Source: a virus. From it: 40,827 bases of DNA. Below, piece after piece: positions 15,316-24,041 of this stretch. Made by a program: the position numbers and the translations under genes. The stretch is from positions 1-40,827 of the IMG/VR virus record IMGVR_UViG_3300043640_000296, one strand, 5' to 3'. Each line of letters begins with the position of its first letter. Within the stretch, counting starts at the first letter, position 1. A model generated the notes under the pieces. It ran no database searches. It worked only from the letters and a program-made list of their open reading frames with translations, and was not told where the DNA came from.

Positions 15316-16650
15316 TTAAACAGGGAAAGCAATACGCATAGAGTACTCAGGTACAAGTACCGAACCCCAAGTTGCGTCATGGATCATACCCATTTGATTT
15401 TGTCCAAATAGGGAACCATAAGTCATACGCATAGACACGCCGGTGTCTGGATCGTATTCAGCAGCTGTTGGGTATGGGTATTGATCAGGTAGTCTTGGCA
15501 TTGCAAGATAGAACGCATCGCCACCGATTACCAATCCACATTTATGACTTGGTAACGCTTTGGCTTGCATACCAGCAACAATGTTATTGTTGATATTTTG
15601 TGTTCCGCCTGATGTTGATTGAAGAGGAGGTTGAATTGTTACAACAACATCACCTGAACCATCTGCTACAACATTTGTAACAGAGCGAACTTGTAAAGGT
15701 TGTGCTGAAACAGTATGACCAATGAAGGTTAAGAAACGTAAGTTAGGTTGTCCGCTTACATTATCTTGGAACTGTAATAAGTCACCAATGTGAATTGCAT
15801 TGGCATCATCAACAGTCGCACCACTAAAAGTAATTTGAGTGATGCTCGCACCTGTTGGATCATTGGTTGAAAGAACAGTTAATGTTTGCGCGCTATTACC
15901 AACAGTACCTGCAATTTGTGTAGGTAGTAAATTGGATTGATAATACATAACAGGCGGTGTTCCGAACTCACCCACTTCCCAGCTCATTGCGATATCGTTA
16001 TTACGATTTGGCGCAAATTGATTTAAACCAGAACCCACGATAGGTGGAATGTTCACATCTGGTAAAATAACTTTAATGCCTTGCTGAACCGAACCGAAGT
16101 TCTTGAAGTTCGCAATCATTTGAGCAAGTTGTTGGAAAGAGTTGATTGGTGTTAAACCATCACCGAAGAAACGATATGGGCCTGATTCAGTATGCAAAGC
16201 ACCTGTTGCAACTGTTTGTCCATTTACAACTGTATTAACTGGAACAGAAGAATTTGCATTTAATGCAAGATTGACTTCGATATTCGCGCCCATTTCTGCA
16301 ACGGCAGAACGACCGAATAATTCCATGTAACTTTCAGTATCTTTTTCAACGTTAAAAATTCTTTCTTGTGCAGTGAACGCATAGGAAGTATTTGTTGCTT
16401 GATCGCAAGTAAGCGATAAAACGCGTTGAACAGCTGGTTGGAATGATGCAACCAAACCTTGCGCTGTTGTAAAGCGGGGTGGTAAATCGAAAGTAACAAC
16501 GGAACCTAAATTCGCAGTGATCTTCTCAAAATCTTTGAAACGAGTATTTGAGATGTTCATAAAGCAATTTAAGTTTTCAAGTAACGCAAGGTTACTTCTT
16601 TGATACGTTTGTACCTGCTGTAAAATATTGGTAGGCAGAGCCATATCCAT
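15316..16650 (-). CDS. Major capsid protein (P22-type coat)
   Basis: 444 aa directly after the scaffold gene. The C-terminal region (LVIGGDAFYLAMPRLPDQ) parallels P22 gp5. SD spacing favours ATG 16644 (MALPTN..). Confidence 0.8.
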   Translation of the reverse strand: MDMALPTNILQQVQTYQRSNLALLENLNCFMNISNTRFKDFEKITANLGSVVTFDLPPRFTTAQGLVASFQPAVQRVLSLTCDQATNTSYAFTAQERIFNVEKDTESYMELFGRSAVAEMGANIEVNLALNANSSVPVNTVVNGQTVATGALHTESGPYRFFGDGLTPINSFQQLAQMIANFKNFGSVQQGIKVILPDVNIPPIVGSGLNQFAPNRNNDIAMSWEVGEFGTPPVMYYQSNLLPTQIAGTVGNSAQTLTVLSTNDPTGASITQITFSGATVDDANAIHIGDLLQFQDNVSGQPNLRFLTFIGHTVSAQPLQVRSVTNVVADGSGDVVVTIQPPLQSTSGGTQNINNNIVAGMQAKALPSHKCGLVIGGDAFYLAMPRLPDQYPYPTAAEYDPDTGVSMRMTYGSLFGQNQMGMIHDATWGSVLVPEYSMRIAFPV

Positions 16651-16709
16651 TTCTCCAAGTTAAAAAAGTCCATTTTTTTTGGAGATAACGGCTAAGCTAT
16701 GTTACGGAA

Positions 16710-17393
16710 CTAACCTCTATACATCGCCTTCTTGCGCAAGTCCCGGACACTGTTTGAGCCATTATCTGTGCCAACTGTGGAGGGTTTAACTTGACTAAGT
16801 GGTTCAGCAGCTGAAGTTTCTTTGTTCCCTTCTTGATTCGCTTTAATCGAATCAACAAGTTTCTTCATCTCCTGTTCGGCGAGATGGGGATTGATATACG
16901 AGAGTGTAGTGAGCGAGGCAACCTTACCCGGATTCCTTCCGAGTTCGTACATCACATCCCCAGACATCCCTGTATCTGCTGCCATCTTCACAATGTGAGG
17001 AATGTGTTGAAGGTTTCCTAACTTAGCAACAGTCTCGTCAAAATCAGAATATTTTTCCTTCCCTGATCCCATTTGGTCCACAAAGTTAGAAAGTGTTTGT
17101 TGCACTCCCTGCATCTGAGATTGTTTCTGCGCTTCGTCAGCAATTAATTGCCGAACATGATCATCCGTGATCTGTGGCATTCCACCCATTTGCTGAGCCT
17201 GTTGGGGCTGAGCTTGTGCATGTATTGCCTGCGCTTCCATTTTGCCCTTCTCATAAGCTTCATGCTTAAGTCGAACGAGCAGCTCATTTACTTCACTTTG
17301 TTTTAGTACCTTCTCTTCTGGCACTCCTTGTGCCTGAGCTGGTACACCATTTGGTACATTATTCTGAACTTGATTCCCTTCCGCTAAATCCAT
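16710..17393 (-). CDS. Scaffolding protein
   Basis: About 227 aa from ATG 17393 (the track start at 17399 is TTG). Gln/Ala/Glu-rich and helical. Lies immediately upstream of coat. Confidence 0.6.
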   Translation of the reverse strand: MDLAEGNQVQNNVPNGVPAQAQGVPEEKVLKQSEVNELLVRLKHEAYEKGKMEAQAIHAQAQPQQAQQMGGMPQITDDHVRQLIADEAQKQSQMQGVQQTLSNFVDQMGSGKEKYSDFDETVAKLGNLQHIPHIVKMAADTGMSGDVMYELGRNPGKVASLTTLSYINPHLAEQEMKKLVDSIKANQEGNKETSAAEPLSQVKPSTVGTDNGSNSVRDLRKKAMYRG

Positions 17394-17514
17394 TAGCAAA
17401 TTTCCCTGTATGTTTCCGACTGTTGCCCCGTCACGGTGATGTTGCCTCTATTTAACGTCTAAAGTGGACGACTATTATTGTGGCATAGCTGCTTAAGAAT
17501 GAGCCTAACAATAA

Positions 17515-17748
17515 CTATTCTTCTGTGTCAACGGGTATAGTGTCTCTTTCTTCAACTTTTACATCTTGCATTAATGGTTTCAATGGCACGTTATGCACCA
17601 TGACTTGTAACCACATCATGGCTTCTTCCAATTTTGTAAAAGCAATCGAACCTGAACGCGAATCTTGGAACTTATCCATGTTTCCCATGACTTCACTGAT
17701 TTTACCGATCATACTACTTAAAATATCTTTTGGTATTTCATTTATCAT
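17515..17748 (-). CDS. Hypothetical protein (77 aa)
   Basis: ORF in the co-oriented chain. Overlaps the upstream gene's stop by 11 nt. Confidence 0.55.
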   Translation of the reverse strand: MINEIPKDILSSMIGKISEVMGNMDKFQDSRSGSIAFTKLEEAMMWLQVMVHNVPLKPLMQDVKVEERDTIPVDTEE

Positions 17749-18070
17749 TTTTCACTTCCTTGATTGGATGAACGATGGGATCTTCTTTTTTGAAAATAGT
17801 TTGAATTTCTTTGATGACTTGACGTTTACATTCTGTAACATGACGCTTAATTCTATCTTCCATATCTTTCATTTCATGCATAATTGTTTGTTCCCTCTCT
17901 TTAACAAAATCATCTGCTAAATTTCTAATGGGTTTAACATTATTTACTCTTCCATAATAAATATTATGGCAACTACAACTGCACATTACATCTCCCCAAT
18001 GACAGGGACAAGGACACTGGGGGCTAAATGCTAGATTGCCAACAGTATATGGCGAATGACATCCACTCAT
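17738..18070 (-). CDS. Cys/His-rich protein with CxCxCH repeats and coiled-coil tail
   Basis: 110 aa from ATG 18070, which overlaps the upstream stop as ATGA. Contains CPCPCH and CSCSCH motifs. Confidence 0.6.
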   Translation of the reverse strand: MSGCHSPYTVGNLAFSPQCPCPCHWGDVMCSCSCHNIYYGRVNNVKPIRNLADDFVKEREQTIMHEMKDMEDRIKRHVTECKRQVIKEIQTIFKKEDPIVHPIKEVKNDK

Positions 18071-18264
18071 TTTACTAATCTTCCCATAGTGATATTTTTC
18101 TGTGCTCGAACTTGAGGGTTTTGAAACGTCCATATTTCTCCTGTTGCATCAATTACAACGATCCACATCAAATTAAATTCTTGCCCATAATCAATCATGA
18201 GCAATGCAATACCTGGACCTTTTGGTGTATCAAGAGGAATAGGTGGATTTAATTGCATTATCAT
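18067..18264 (-). CDS. Hypothetical protein (65 aa)
   Basis: ORF coupled by ATGA to the next gene. The sequence DTPKGPGIALLMIDYG..TGEIW resembles a recurrent small phage protein of unknown function. Confidence 0.55.
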   Translation of the reverse strand: MIMQLNPPIPLDTPKGPGIALLMIDYGQEFNLMWIVVIDATGEIWTFQNPQVRAQKNITMGRLVK

Positions 18265-18270
18265 AATTAA

Positions 18271-18525
18271 TTATTCACCTTGTATAATCTTTCTTGAAAT
18301 AATAGATACTTTAGGAATAGTCATTTCTCCGCACACACATTCATTAGTTCCTATTACTTTATTCTTAGGAGAATAATGTGGCGCTACAATTATTGCTTCA
18401 TCAGATTCCTTTAAAATATACCCTACAGAAAAACAATAATGAGCTGCACAATGAATTTCTTCTGGATCTATCCAAACGGGAGAGCATCCATAACTATCAA
18501 TCCAAGTTACAAGTTCTATATTCAT
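18271..18525 (-). CDS. Hypothetical protein (84 aa)
   Basis: ORF in the chain. Its ATG overlaps the stop of the 44-aa Lys-rich ORF (ATGA). Confidence 0.55.
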   Translation of the reverse strand: MNIELVTWIDSYGCSPVWIDPEEIHCAAHYCFSVGYILKESDEAIIVAPHYSPKNKVIGTNECVCGEMTIPKVSIISRKIIQGE

Positions 18526-18656
18526 TTTTTTGGCTTATATTTTTTGTCTGCTTTGCGAGAAAACTCAGCGGCTTTCGCATCTTTCTTGTAACCATTTTCA
18601 GGTTTGCTATCAGGAATAACTTTGCCTTTTGGTGGCGCTTTTTTGCTTTTTTTCAT
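18522..18656 (-). CDS. Lys-rich 44-aa protein
   Basis: ATG 18656, SD AAGGA 8 nt upstream. Sequence MKKSKKAPPKGKVIPDSKPENGYKKDAKAAEFSRKADKKYKPKK. Its TGA overlaps the next ATG. Below the ORF-track length cut-off. Confidence 0.5.
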   Translation of the reverse strand: MKKSKKAPPKGKVIPDSKPENGYKKDAKAAEFSRKADKKYKPKK

Positions 18657-18700
18657 GTCTTCATCCTTAAAAGAATGCCGCCATATAGCGGCATTAGAAT

Positions 18701-18901
18701 TTACCAGTGCATTTTACCTTTATGACCTGACACATCGGCTCCATGGGGTTCGCCCATTAAAGATTTAAGATGACTTTTATCACCCAGTTCTTTGCCATCA
18801 GCTTTACTGGTTTTAACTTGTAAACGATTATCGGAATGCATGTATTTGTCATGATGAGGACCTTTATGCATTGAATGAGCATGATCAGAAATATTTTTCA
18901 T
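18701..18901 (-). CDS. His-rich 66-aa protein
   Basis: SD AAGGA upstream. 12 His in 66 aa (HAHSMHKGPHHDKYMH...). Confidence 0.55.
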   Translation of the reverse strand: MKNISDHAHSMHKGPHHDKYMHSDNRLQVKTSKADGKELGDKSHLKSLMGEPHGADVSGHKGKMHW

Positions 18902-19038
18902 TGTCTTAATCCTTTAAGTTAGTAAAAAATTCCTATTTTTTACGCTTGCGCACGTACATTTTATCATCTTCTTTGCGATCTTCACGTTTTATTTTCTTTT
19001 CCATTTGCTTCAATTGTTTTTGTTTAACAACTCTTTTC

Positions 19039-21189
19039 TCATTCGGACATGCCTTCATTTCTCGCCTCCTTCTTCGCTATTGAGACATCATGTTCAAACT
19101 GTTTGTGACTTAATTCATGTGTGTGCTTCATATCAGCATGTTTAATCGCAAGATCAACTGCAGCGCGTGTTTCCTCTGCTTGTGCTTTTGCCATTTGTGC
19201 GGCTTGTGCAGCTTTTGCATTCTGCATATCAGCAAGCACTTTCATAAAATGAGTATCTGCTTCTTGTTTTTCAATTGCAAGTTCAGCAGCTTTGATCTGA
19301 TTTTCAACTTGATCTTGCTGACCGTCCATTTGAATTTTCATCCTCTCATTTTGTGCCTTGATCATGATTGGATTATTTTTCATTTGTTCCATTTGTTGCT
19401 GTTGTTGCTGCTGTTGCTGTTGGGCCATTTCTTGCATAAATTCATCAGCAGATTGCTTTAATTGATCAAGTCCATTCACTTCAAAGTTATCTAAGATAAT
19501 TTTCAAGCCTTTCGCATTAATAAACTGACCGAAAATTGGGGACGCTTGCGTCATCATCATGATTTGCTGGAGCGCCCGCGCTTTTTGAATCGAGAAATTA
19601 ACACCTGCTTCGACTTTCACATTTAATGCATTTTCATCATAATTAAAACTAATACCACCTTGTTGATTAATCTTTTGGAAATCCCTTGAACCATCCTGTC
19701 TTACAACTGGAATAGTTCTAGGCGATTTGTAATATTTTGGTAATAAATTAGTAATGATGCGTGCCACTTGTGATAATGCCTGCATGAACCCAACAATATA
19801 GGGCATTGCAGCGGCATTCGATTGCGTTGCACCTTCTACAATCGCTGTTCCTGAAAGCTGATTATCGTTAATACCGAGAGCAGCATCATATGACCCCAAT
19901 ATAGATTGCGCCATCTGATCCACAAGCGTAAAGGTACTGATGACTTCCCCAGGTGGTGGAACGCGTTGTATTTCCATTGGTGGTGGGACAGGGATCTTGG
20001 GATCGTTATCTTTGAAGGCTTTGTAAACAAGTGTATTAGCAAGTTGAATGTTTGTGTAGGCATCAAGATAGGATTGTTCATCCGGCAATGACTCCTTAGC
20101 AACTTTAAATTTATGTTGAACTAAATTTTCTAGCTCATTCGCAAGTGTTTGACCAGCAAAGTTCTTAAGTTGTTGCAATCCTTTCAAATTATAAATGTAA
20201 GGACGTGTCATTTGAATGAAAGAACCTTGATTAGTCCCTTCACGAATCACCACTGAATTACCATCAACAAATACAATAGGCAGCGCTGGATAATCGGTTT
20301 CTACATATTCAAGCACCATATTCTCAATGAAACGATAACGGCAAATAGTCTCAATTTCTGTCCAACGGGGTTTGCCTTTAATAGCTGGAGGTTGCTCAAT
20401 CATTCCTGCAGCATCCCATGCTTCTAGGAACAATTTGTAATCTGCCATTTCCATAACAAAGCCATTAACTAATCTAACAATCTTTACTTTCTTCTTTTTC
20501 TTCTCATAGAAATCGCATAATAAAAGAATGTCTTCTTGATTATTGCTGTAAGACCAATTGAACCCATCTACATTTCTTGTAAAATCAATCTCAGTAAGAT
20601 CAATATTTGGATAGTCTTCTTCAAACTCTTCTCTCGATTTAGGAAATAACTCGAAGCAAAATCTGCCATCACCTTTATGCGGTGTTCTGGCGAGTGGATC
20701 AAATCCAACCAATGTTGGATCGTAAACTCTATCGAATTTAATGACCTGCTCAAATGACATAGGATTTGCATATTCAGTCCATATTTTAATAGCTGAGAAA
20801 CCACCACTGAGAATATCTGTATAAACATTGTACTCACAGCTATTCTTATTAGCATCGAAGATAATATGACGAAGATGATCTTCTACAACTCGGACTGTTT
20901 CAGCATCAACTTTAACCCCATCATCGGTTGTGACTTTGATTGATGGCTCTTGCTTTGAGAATTCACCGCGAAGCCGACTGATATAAGCTTCACCAATGTT
21001 AAATTCAATCTGAGGCTTTTTAAGAGAATCGAGCACCATCTTATCGTCATCAGTCAGAGTCGTATCAAATACAAAACGTCTGAACTCATTAAATCTACGA
21101 TAATTCGGTTGGAAATAAGTGTAGGTATGTCTAACTGATTTTTTTAGACGATCAATTTGATCTTTATACTTTTGTGCCACTTCTGACAT
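19039..21189 (-). CDS. Portal protein (P22-like, with C-terminal helical barrel)
   Basis: 716 aa immediately downstream of terL. It has a C-terminal coiled coil of about 130 aa that includes Q10, as in the P22 portal barrel. Confidence 0.8.
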   Translation of the reverse strand: MSEVAQKYKDQIDRLKKSVRHTYTYFQPNYRRFNEFRRFVFDTTLTDDDKMVLDSLKKPQIEFNIGEAYISRLRGEFSKQEPSIKVTTDDGVKVDAETVRVVEDHLRHIIFDANKNSCEYNVYTDILSGGFSAIKIWTEYANPMSFEQVIKFDRVYDPTLVGFDPLARTPHKGDGRFCFELFPKSREEFEEDYPNIDLTEIDFTRNVDGFNWSYSNNQEDILLLCDFYEKKKKKVKIVRLVNGFVMEMADYKLFLEAWDAAGMIEQPPAIKGKPRWTEIETICRYRFIENMVLEYVETDYPALPIVFVDGNSVVIREGTNQGSFIQMTRPYIYNLKGLQQLKNFAGQTLANELENLVQHKFKVAKESLPDEQSYLDAYTNIQLANTLVYKAFKDNDPKIPVPPPMEIQRVPPPGEVISTFTLVDQMAQSILGSYDAALGINDNQLSGTAIVEGATQSNAAAMPYIVGFMQALSQVARIITNLLPKYYKSPRTIPVVRQDGSRDFQKINQQGGISFNYDENALNVKVEAGVNFSIQKARALQQIMMMTQASPIFGQFINAKGLKIILDNFEVNGLDQLKQSADEFMQEMAQQQQQQQQQQMEQMKNNPIMIKAQNERMKIQMDGQQDQVENQIKAAELAIEKQEADTHFMKVLADMQNAKAAQAAQMAKAQAEETRAAVDLAIKHADMKHTHELSHKQFEHDVSIAKKEARNEGMSE

Positions 21190-21212
21190 AACTGAAATCC
21201 TTTTCAGTAGAC

Positions 21213-22742
21213 TTAACGATATCGCTTACTTCTCAATTCGAGTAGACGTTGAAATCCGCCCATAATACCTCGTGCTACACGCTCATCATCCTGAAGGCGT
21301 TGTGGGTTGTAGCTCATAATAACATTGTCTATTATGCCTAACTTTATTCCATCGTACAAAGTATCTGCTATATCATCATGTCTATGCGAATCGTTCGCTG
21401 TAATCTTACGCATATGTTCTAAAACCATTGGCGTATGTCTGGCATCTTTTGGAATTGATATCTGCTGACTTGCAATAAAGGGTTGTATCTCTAAAAAACG
21501 TGTTGTCTTGTTACCAGATGATTTGGTACGCTCCACATCCATGACTTGTAAACCGCGAACATTCTTAAGGACTGAGATTAATGTCACACCTGTTGATTTT
21601 CTTTCTATCGCTGCAACTCGGGGCCTCACTCTGTATCGCATACATGCTCCGTAGAACGCTAAGAACTCTGATTCAAGATCTTTCGGTTCTATCCGTAGCT
21701 CTACGCAATCAATCCAATGAAGACCAACAAGGTCGGTTTCAATTTCTCCCTGACGAATTTTATAGAGACCAAAGAAACTAAAGACTGTCGCATCATTGTA
21801 GGATTTGTCAGTTTCGGCGGTATCAGCTGTAATGAAAGTACAAAGAATGTCTGGCTCTTCTTCAGTCTGAAAAAACCAATCCGGTTTAAAGATACCACCG
21901 CCTGCTGGCAGTGGATCTTGTTGATATTGAGAGGAATAAACATATGGCATTGTGTCTTGCATTTTCGCAAGAGCTTCTTTGCTATGCATTTTTGGGTGAA
22001 GCGGATTTCCTACTGCATCAAGTGCTGGGATAATAACTGTTTCCCAATCACCTGTTTTAATCAAATTGCCCGCTAGATCATCTTCATGAAGCCTTTGTCC
22101 AATAAAAATAATAGGCGTGTTATCAGGATCATTTAATCGACTCTGTAAAGTGTTAAAGTACCACTCGTTGACTGATTGTCGCATAGTATCTGAAGTGACT
22201 TCGCTAGGCTTATGGATGTCATCGATAACGATACAACCGCCAAAGCGATCACAACCTTTAATACCAGCTCCACGACCCGTAATTTCCCCATCGGCTCCTG
22301 CTGCATAAACCGTACCTCCCTTAGTAGTTTCAAAATTCCCTTGTGCACTCGTCTCATCAGACATCCCTATTCCAAAGATGTCTCTAAATTCATTCATAGA
22401 AACAATTTGGCGAATCGTTTTAGTCTGTTTTTTTGCTAAACCGAGTGAGTATGACACATAGAGAAAGTTTGCATCTGCAAATTGTGCAAGTGCCCAAGAG
22501 ATGAAATGAATAACTAATTCGGTTTTACCATAGCGAGGAGGTACATTAATGATAAGACGTTTACATTCGCCTTTCATTACTCGGACTAATGCCCGACAAA
22601 TGGTTATATAATGGGATTCGCGGCCATCTGGCTCTGATAGTTCAAAACGTCTACCCGTACGCAAATAATAGAAATCTTGCGTAAATCCCATGAGGGATCT
22701 TGATAGACGCTCTCTTTCCTTAGAGAGGTCTTTAACTTCCAA
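21213..22742 (-). CDS. terL: Terminase large subunit
   Basis: 509 aa. Walker A-like PPRYGKT and Walker B-like CIVIDDIH, with a C-terminal nuclease-sized domain. The start is apparently TTG 22742, with SD AAGGA 7 nt upstream. Confidence 0.85.
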   Translation of the reverse strand: MEVKDLSKERERLSRSLMGFTQDFYYLRTGRRFELSEPDGRESHYITICRALVRVMKGECKRLIINVPPRYGKTELVIHFISWALAQFADANFLYVSYSLGLAKKQTKTIRQIVSMNEFRDIFGIGMSDETSAQGNFETTKGGTVYAAGADGEITGRGAGIKGCDRFGGCIVIDDIHKPSEVTSDTMRQSVNEWYFNTLQSRLNDPDNTPIIFIGQRLHEDDLAGNLIKTGDWETVIIPALDAVGNPLHPKMHSKEALAKMQDTMPYVYSSQYQQDPLPAGGGIFKPDWFFQTEEEPDILCTFITADTAETDKSYNDATVFSFFGLYKIRQGEIETDLVGLHWIDCVELRIEPKDLESEFLAFYGACMRYRVRPRVAAIERKSTGVTLISVLKNVRGLQVMDVERTKSSGNKTTRFLEIQPFIASQQISIPKDARHTPMVLEHMRKITANDSHRHDDIADTLYDGIKLGIIDNVIMSYNPQRLQDDERVARGIMGGFQRLLELRSKRYR

Positions 22743-22773
22743 TTTAACATCCTTGTTAAATCAATAATGGGCG

Positions 22774-22853
22774 ACAGGAGATCAGGTGGTCTGATCGGCT
22801 GGTAGGAGTAGTATGTAAACCTTACCCACACGCGTATAGTGGGACGCTCCCGT
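22774..22853 (-). ncRNA. tRNA-sized cloverleaf-like element (degenerate fifth member of the tRNA array?)
   Basis: 7-bp closing stem ACGGGAG/CTCCTGT; one pair is G.U on the minus strand but A-C on the plus strand. Three internal hairpins: CCCAC/GTGGG, (GG)TAAGG/CCTACC and ATCAG/CTGAT. It lies 10 nt from tRNA-Asn. Loops are non-canonical. Confidence 0.35.
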
Positions 22854-22863
22854 CATAAACTTT

Positions 22864-22936
22864 CTGGCATACCTGGACTCGAACCAGGGACCTAACGATT
22901 AACAGTCGTTCTCTCTACCAACTGAGCTATATGCCA
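22864..22936 (-). tRNA. tRNA-Asn (GUU)
   Basis: Hand-folded: acceptor TGGCATA/TATGCCA, anticodon stem AACGA/TCGTT with loop CTGTTAA, T arm CCTGG-TTCGAGT-CCAGG. Confidence 0.85.
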
Positions 22937-22941
22937 ATACT

Positions 22942-23013
22942 TAAGGATGATAGGGATCGAACCTATGACTTTCTGCTCCCAAAGCAGATGCTCTACCTCT
23001 GAGCCACACCCTT
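22942..23013 (-). tRNA. tRNA-Pro (UGG)
   Basis: Acceptor AAGGGTG/CATCCTT (one G.U), D arm GCTC/GAGC, anticodon stem TCTGC/GCAGA with loop TTTGGGA, T arm ATAGG-TTCGATC-CCTAT. Confidence 0.85.
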
Positions 23014-23020
23014 ATAAATC

Positions 23021-23092
23021 TTTAAGGAGATGGGATCGAACCACCATTGTCAAAGTCAAAGTCTGGTGTCCTACCAGTTAGACGATCCTTAA
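23021..23092 (-). tRNA. tRNA-Gln (UUG)
   Basis: Acceptor TTAAGGA/TCCTTAA, anticodon loop CTTTGAC, T arm GGTGG-TTCGATC-CCATC. The anticodon stem has a C-A mismatch at 27:43. Confidence 0.8.
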
Positions 23093-23097
23093 ATAAA

Positions 23098-23174
23098 TGG
23101 TAGCGAGAGTCGGATTTGAACCGACGACCTCTTGATTATGAGCCAAGCGAGCTACCAGACTGCTCTATCTCGCA
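23098..23174 (-). tRNA. tRNA-Met or Ile2 (CAU), CCA encoded
   Basis: D arm GAGC/GCTC, anticodon stem CTTGG/TCAAG with loop CTCATAA, T arm GTCGG-TTCAAAT-CCGAC, 3' ACCA. There is a U:U mismatch at 1:72 and no GGG/CCC initiator stem. Confidence 0.8.
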
Positions 23175-23175
23175 A

Positions 23176-23610
23176 TTACGGTTTAATTAAGCCATTCTCT
23201 AATAAATAAATCAACATCTTTGCGCGTGCATTTGCTTCTTTTTCATCTTTAAAACCATTGGTATAGTTAACCCACCACTCACCATTTAAGTTTCTTCCAC
23301 TTAACAGAAAAGAAATATCTTCTTCACCATCATCTAAAAATGGAATTTCATTAGGGAAATCTTCTGCAAGTTCACCCACAGTATAAGCAGGATAAATTTC
23401 ATAATATTCCTTCTTAAATCCTTCTTCTTCAGAAATACTATGATATTCATGAATATATATCAGACCCCAACAACGTTTAATAGGTTCTCCATTTAGCCCT
23501 ATTGAGTCTTCCATTTTAATATAGATAAAATAAGAAGGACGCGAATATCCTAATTCTTTAATCCTCTTGCTATATTCAACATCACAGACTAAATCCCAAA
23601 GAGTTTTCAT
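23176..23610 (-). CDS. Hypothetical protein (144 aa)
   Basis: ORF ending 2 nt from the tRNA array. The C-terminal EANARAKMLIYLLENGLI motif recurs in many phage proteins of unknown function. Confidence 0.6.
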   Translation of the reverse strand: MKTLWDLVCDVEYSKRIKELGYSRPSYFIYIKMEDSIGLNGEPIKRCWGLIYIHEYHSISEEEGFKKEYYEIYPAYTVGELAEDFPNEIPFLDDGEEDISFLLSGRNLNGEWWVNYTNGFKDEKEANARAKMLIYLLENGLIKP

Positions 23611-23732
23611 TTATCTTCTGCCATTAATTTATTTATATAAAGACAAGCTTCACTTGTGAAATTTAGAAATTGTATATTCTTCCAGAAAGAAAAAAACTTT
23701 CCTTTTCTTTGAATAATATAATAATCACCCAT
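23607..23732 (-). CDS. Small protein (41 aa)
   Basis: ATG 23732. Its TGA overlaps the next ATG (ATGA). It fills the 126-nt gap exactly. Confidence 0.4.
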   Translation of the reverse strand: MGDYYIIQRKGKFFSFWKNIQFLNFTSEACLYINKLMAEDK

Positions 23733-23736
23733 ATAT

Positions 23737-24027
23737 TTAATTCTGTACTTCATTCTTGTCCTCTAATTTCTTTATTCTTTCATGCATTCCATCAATACTC
23801 TTTTCCCATTCCATAAATGCAGTCGTAATGCGATCTTCAAGACGACGATATTCTATTAATCCTGATTGTGCGTATTGATTCTGTGCGAGGAGTGCACATT
23901 GATCTTGTAATTCTCTAAATCTCATTCTCTGATCTCTTAGACCAAGAAACCATCTTTGTATATATGCTTCTTGTAAAACTTCTTGGTCATATTCTTCATT
24001 ATCATGACAATCGCAATTACAGCTCAT
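23737..24027 (-). CDS. Cys-rich (CNCDCH) coiled-coil protein
   Basis: 96 aa from ATG 24027, SD GGAG upstream. The longer track ORF (to 24171) merely reads through tRNA-Thr. Confidence 0.6.
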   Translation of the reverse strand: MSCNCDCHDNEEYDQEVLQEAYIQRWFLGLRDQRMRFRELQDQCALLAQNQYAQSGLIEYRRLEDRITTAFMEWEKSIDGMHERIKKLEDKNEVQN

Positions 24028-24041
24028 TACTTTCTCCAATA

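Noticed and set aside
18933-19004. 23-codon Lys/Arg-rich ORF (MEKKIKREDRKEDDKMYVRKRKK) between the portal gene and the His-rich gene.
   Set aside because: No SD and very short. It cannot be separated from chance in A-rich sequence.
8484-22831. Other short track ORFs nested in structural and packaging genes. Examples: 8484-8666, 8748-8954, 9555-9794, 10379-10591, 11340-11525, 12426-12735, 16142-16499, 16833-17021, 17525-17920, 18378-18725, 19117-19461, 19836-20102, 20568-20855 and 21581-22831.
   Set aside because: Each is embedded, in another frame or on the other strand, in a longer gene with family or synteny support. For example, 19117-19461 is the poly-Leu antisense reading of the portal poly-Gln.
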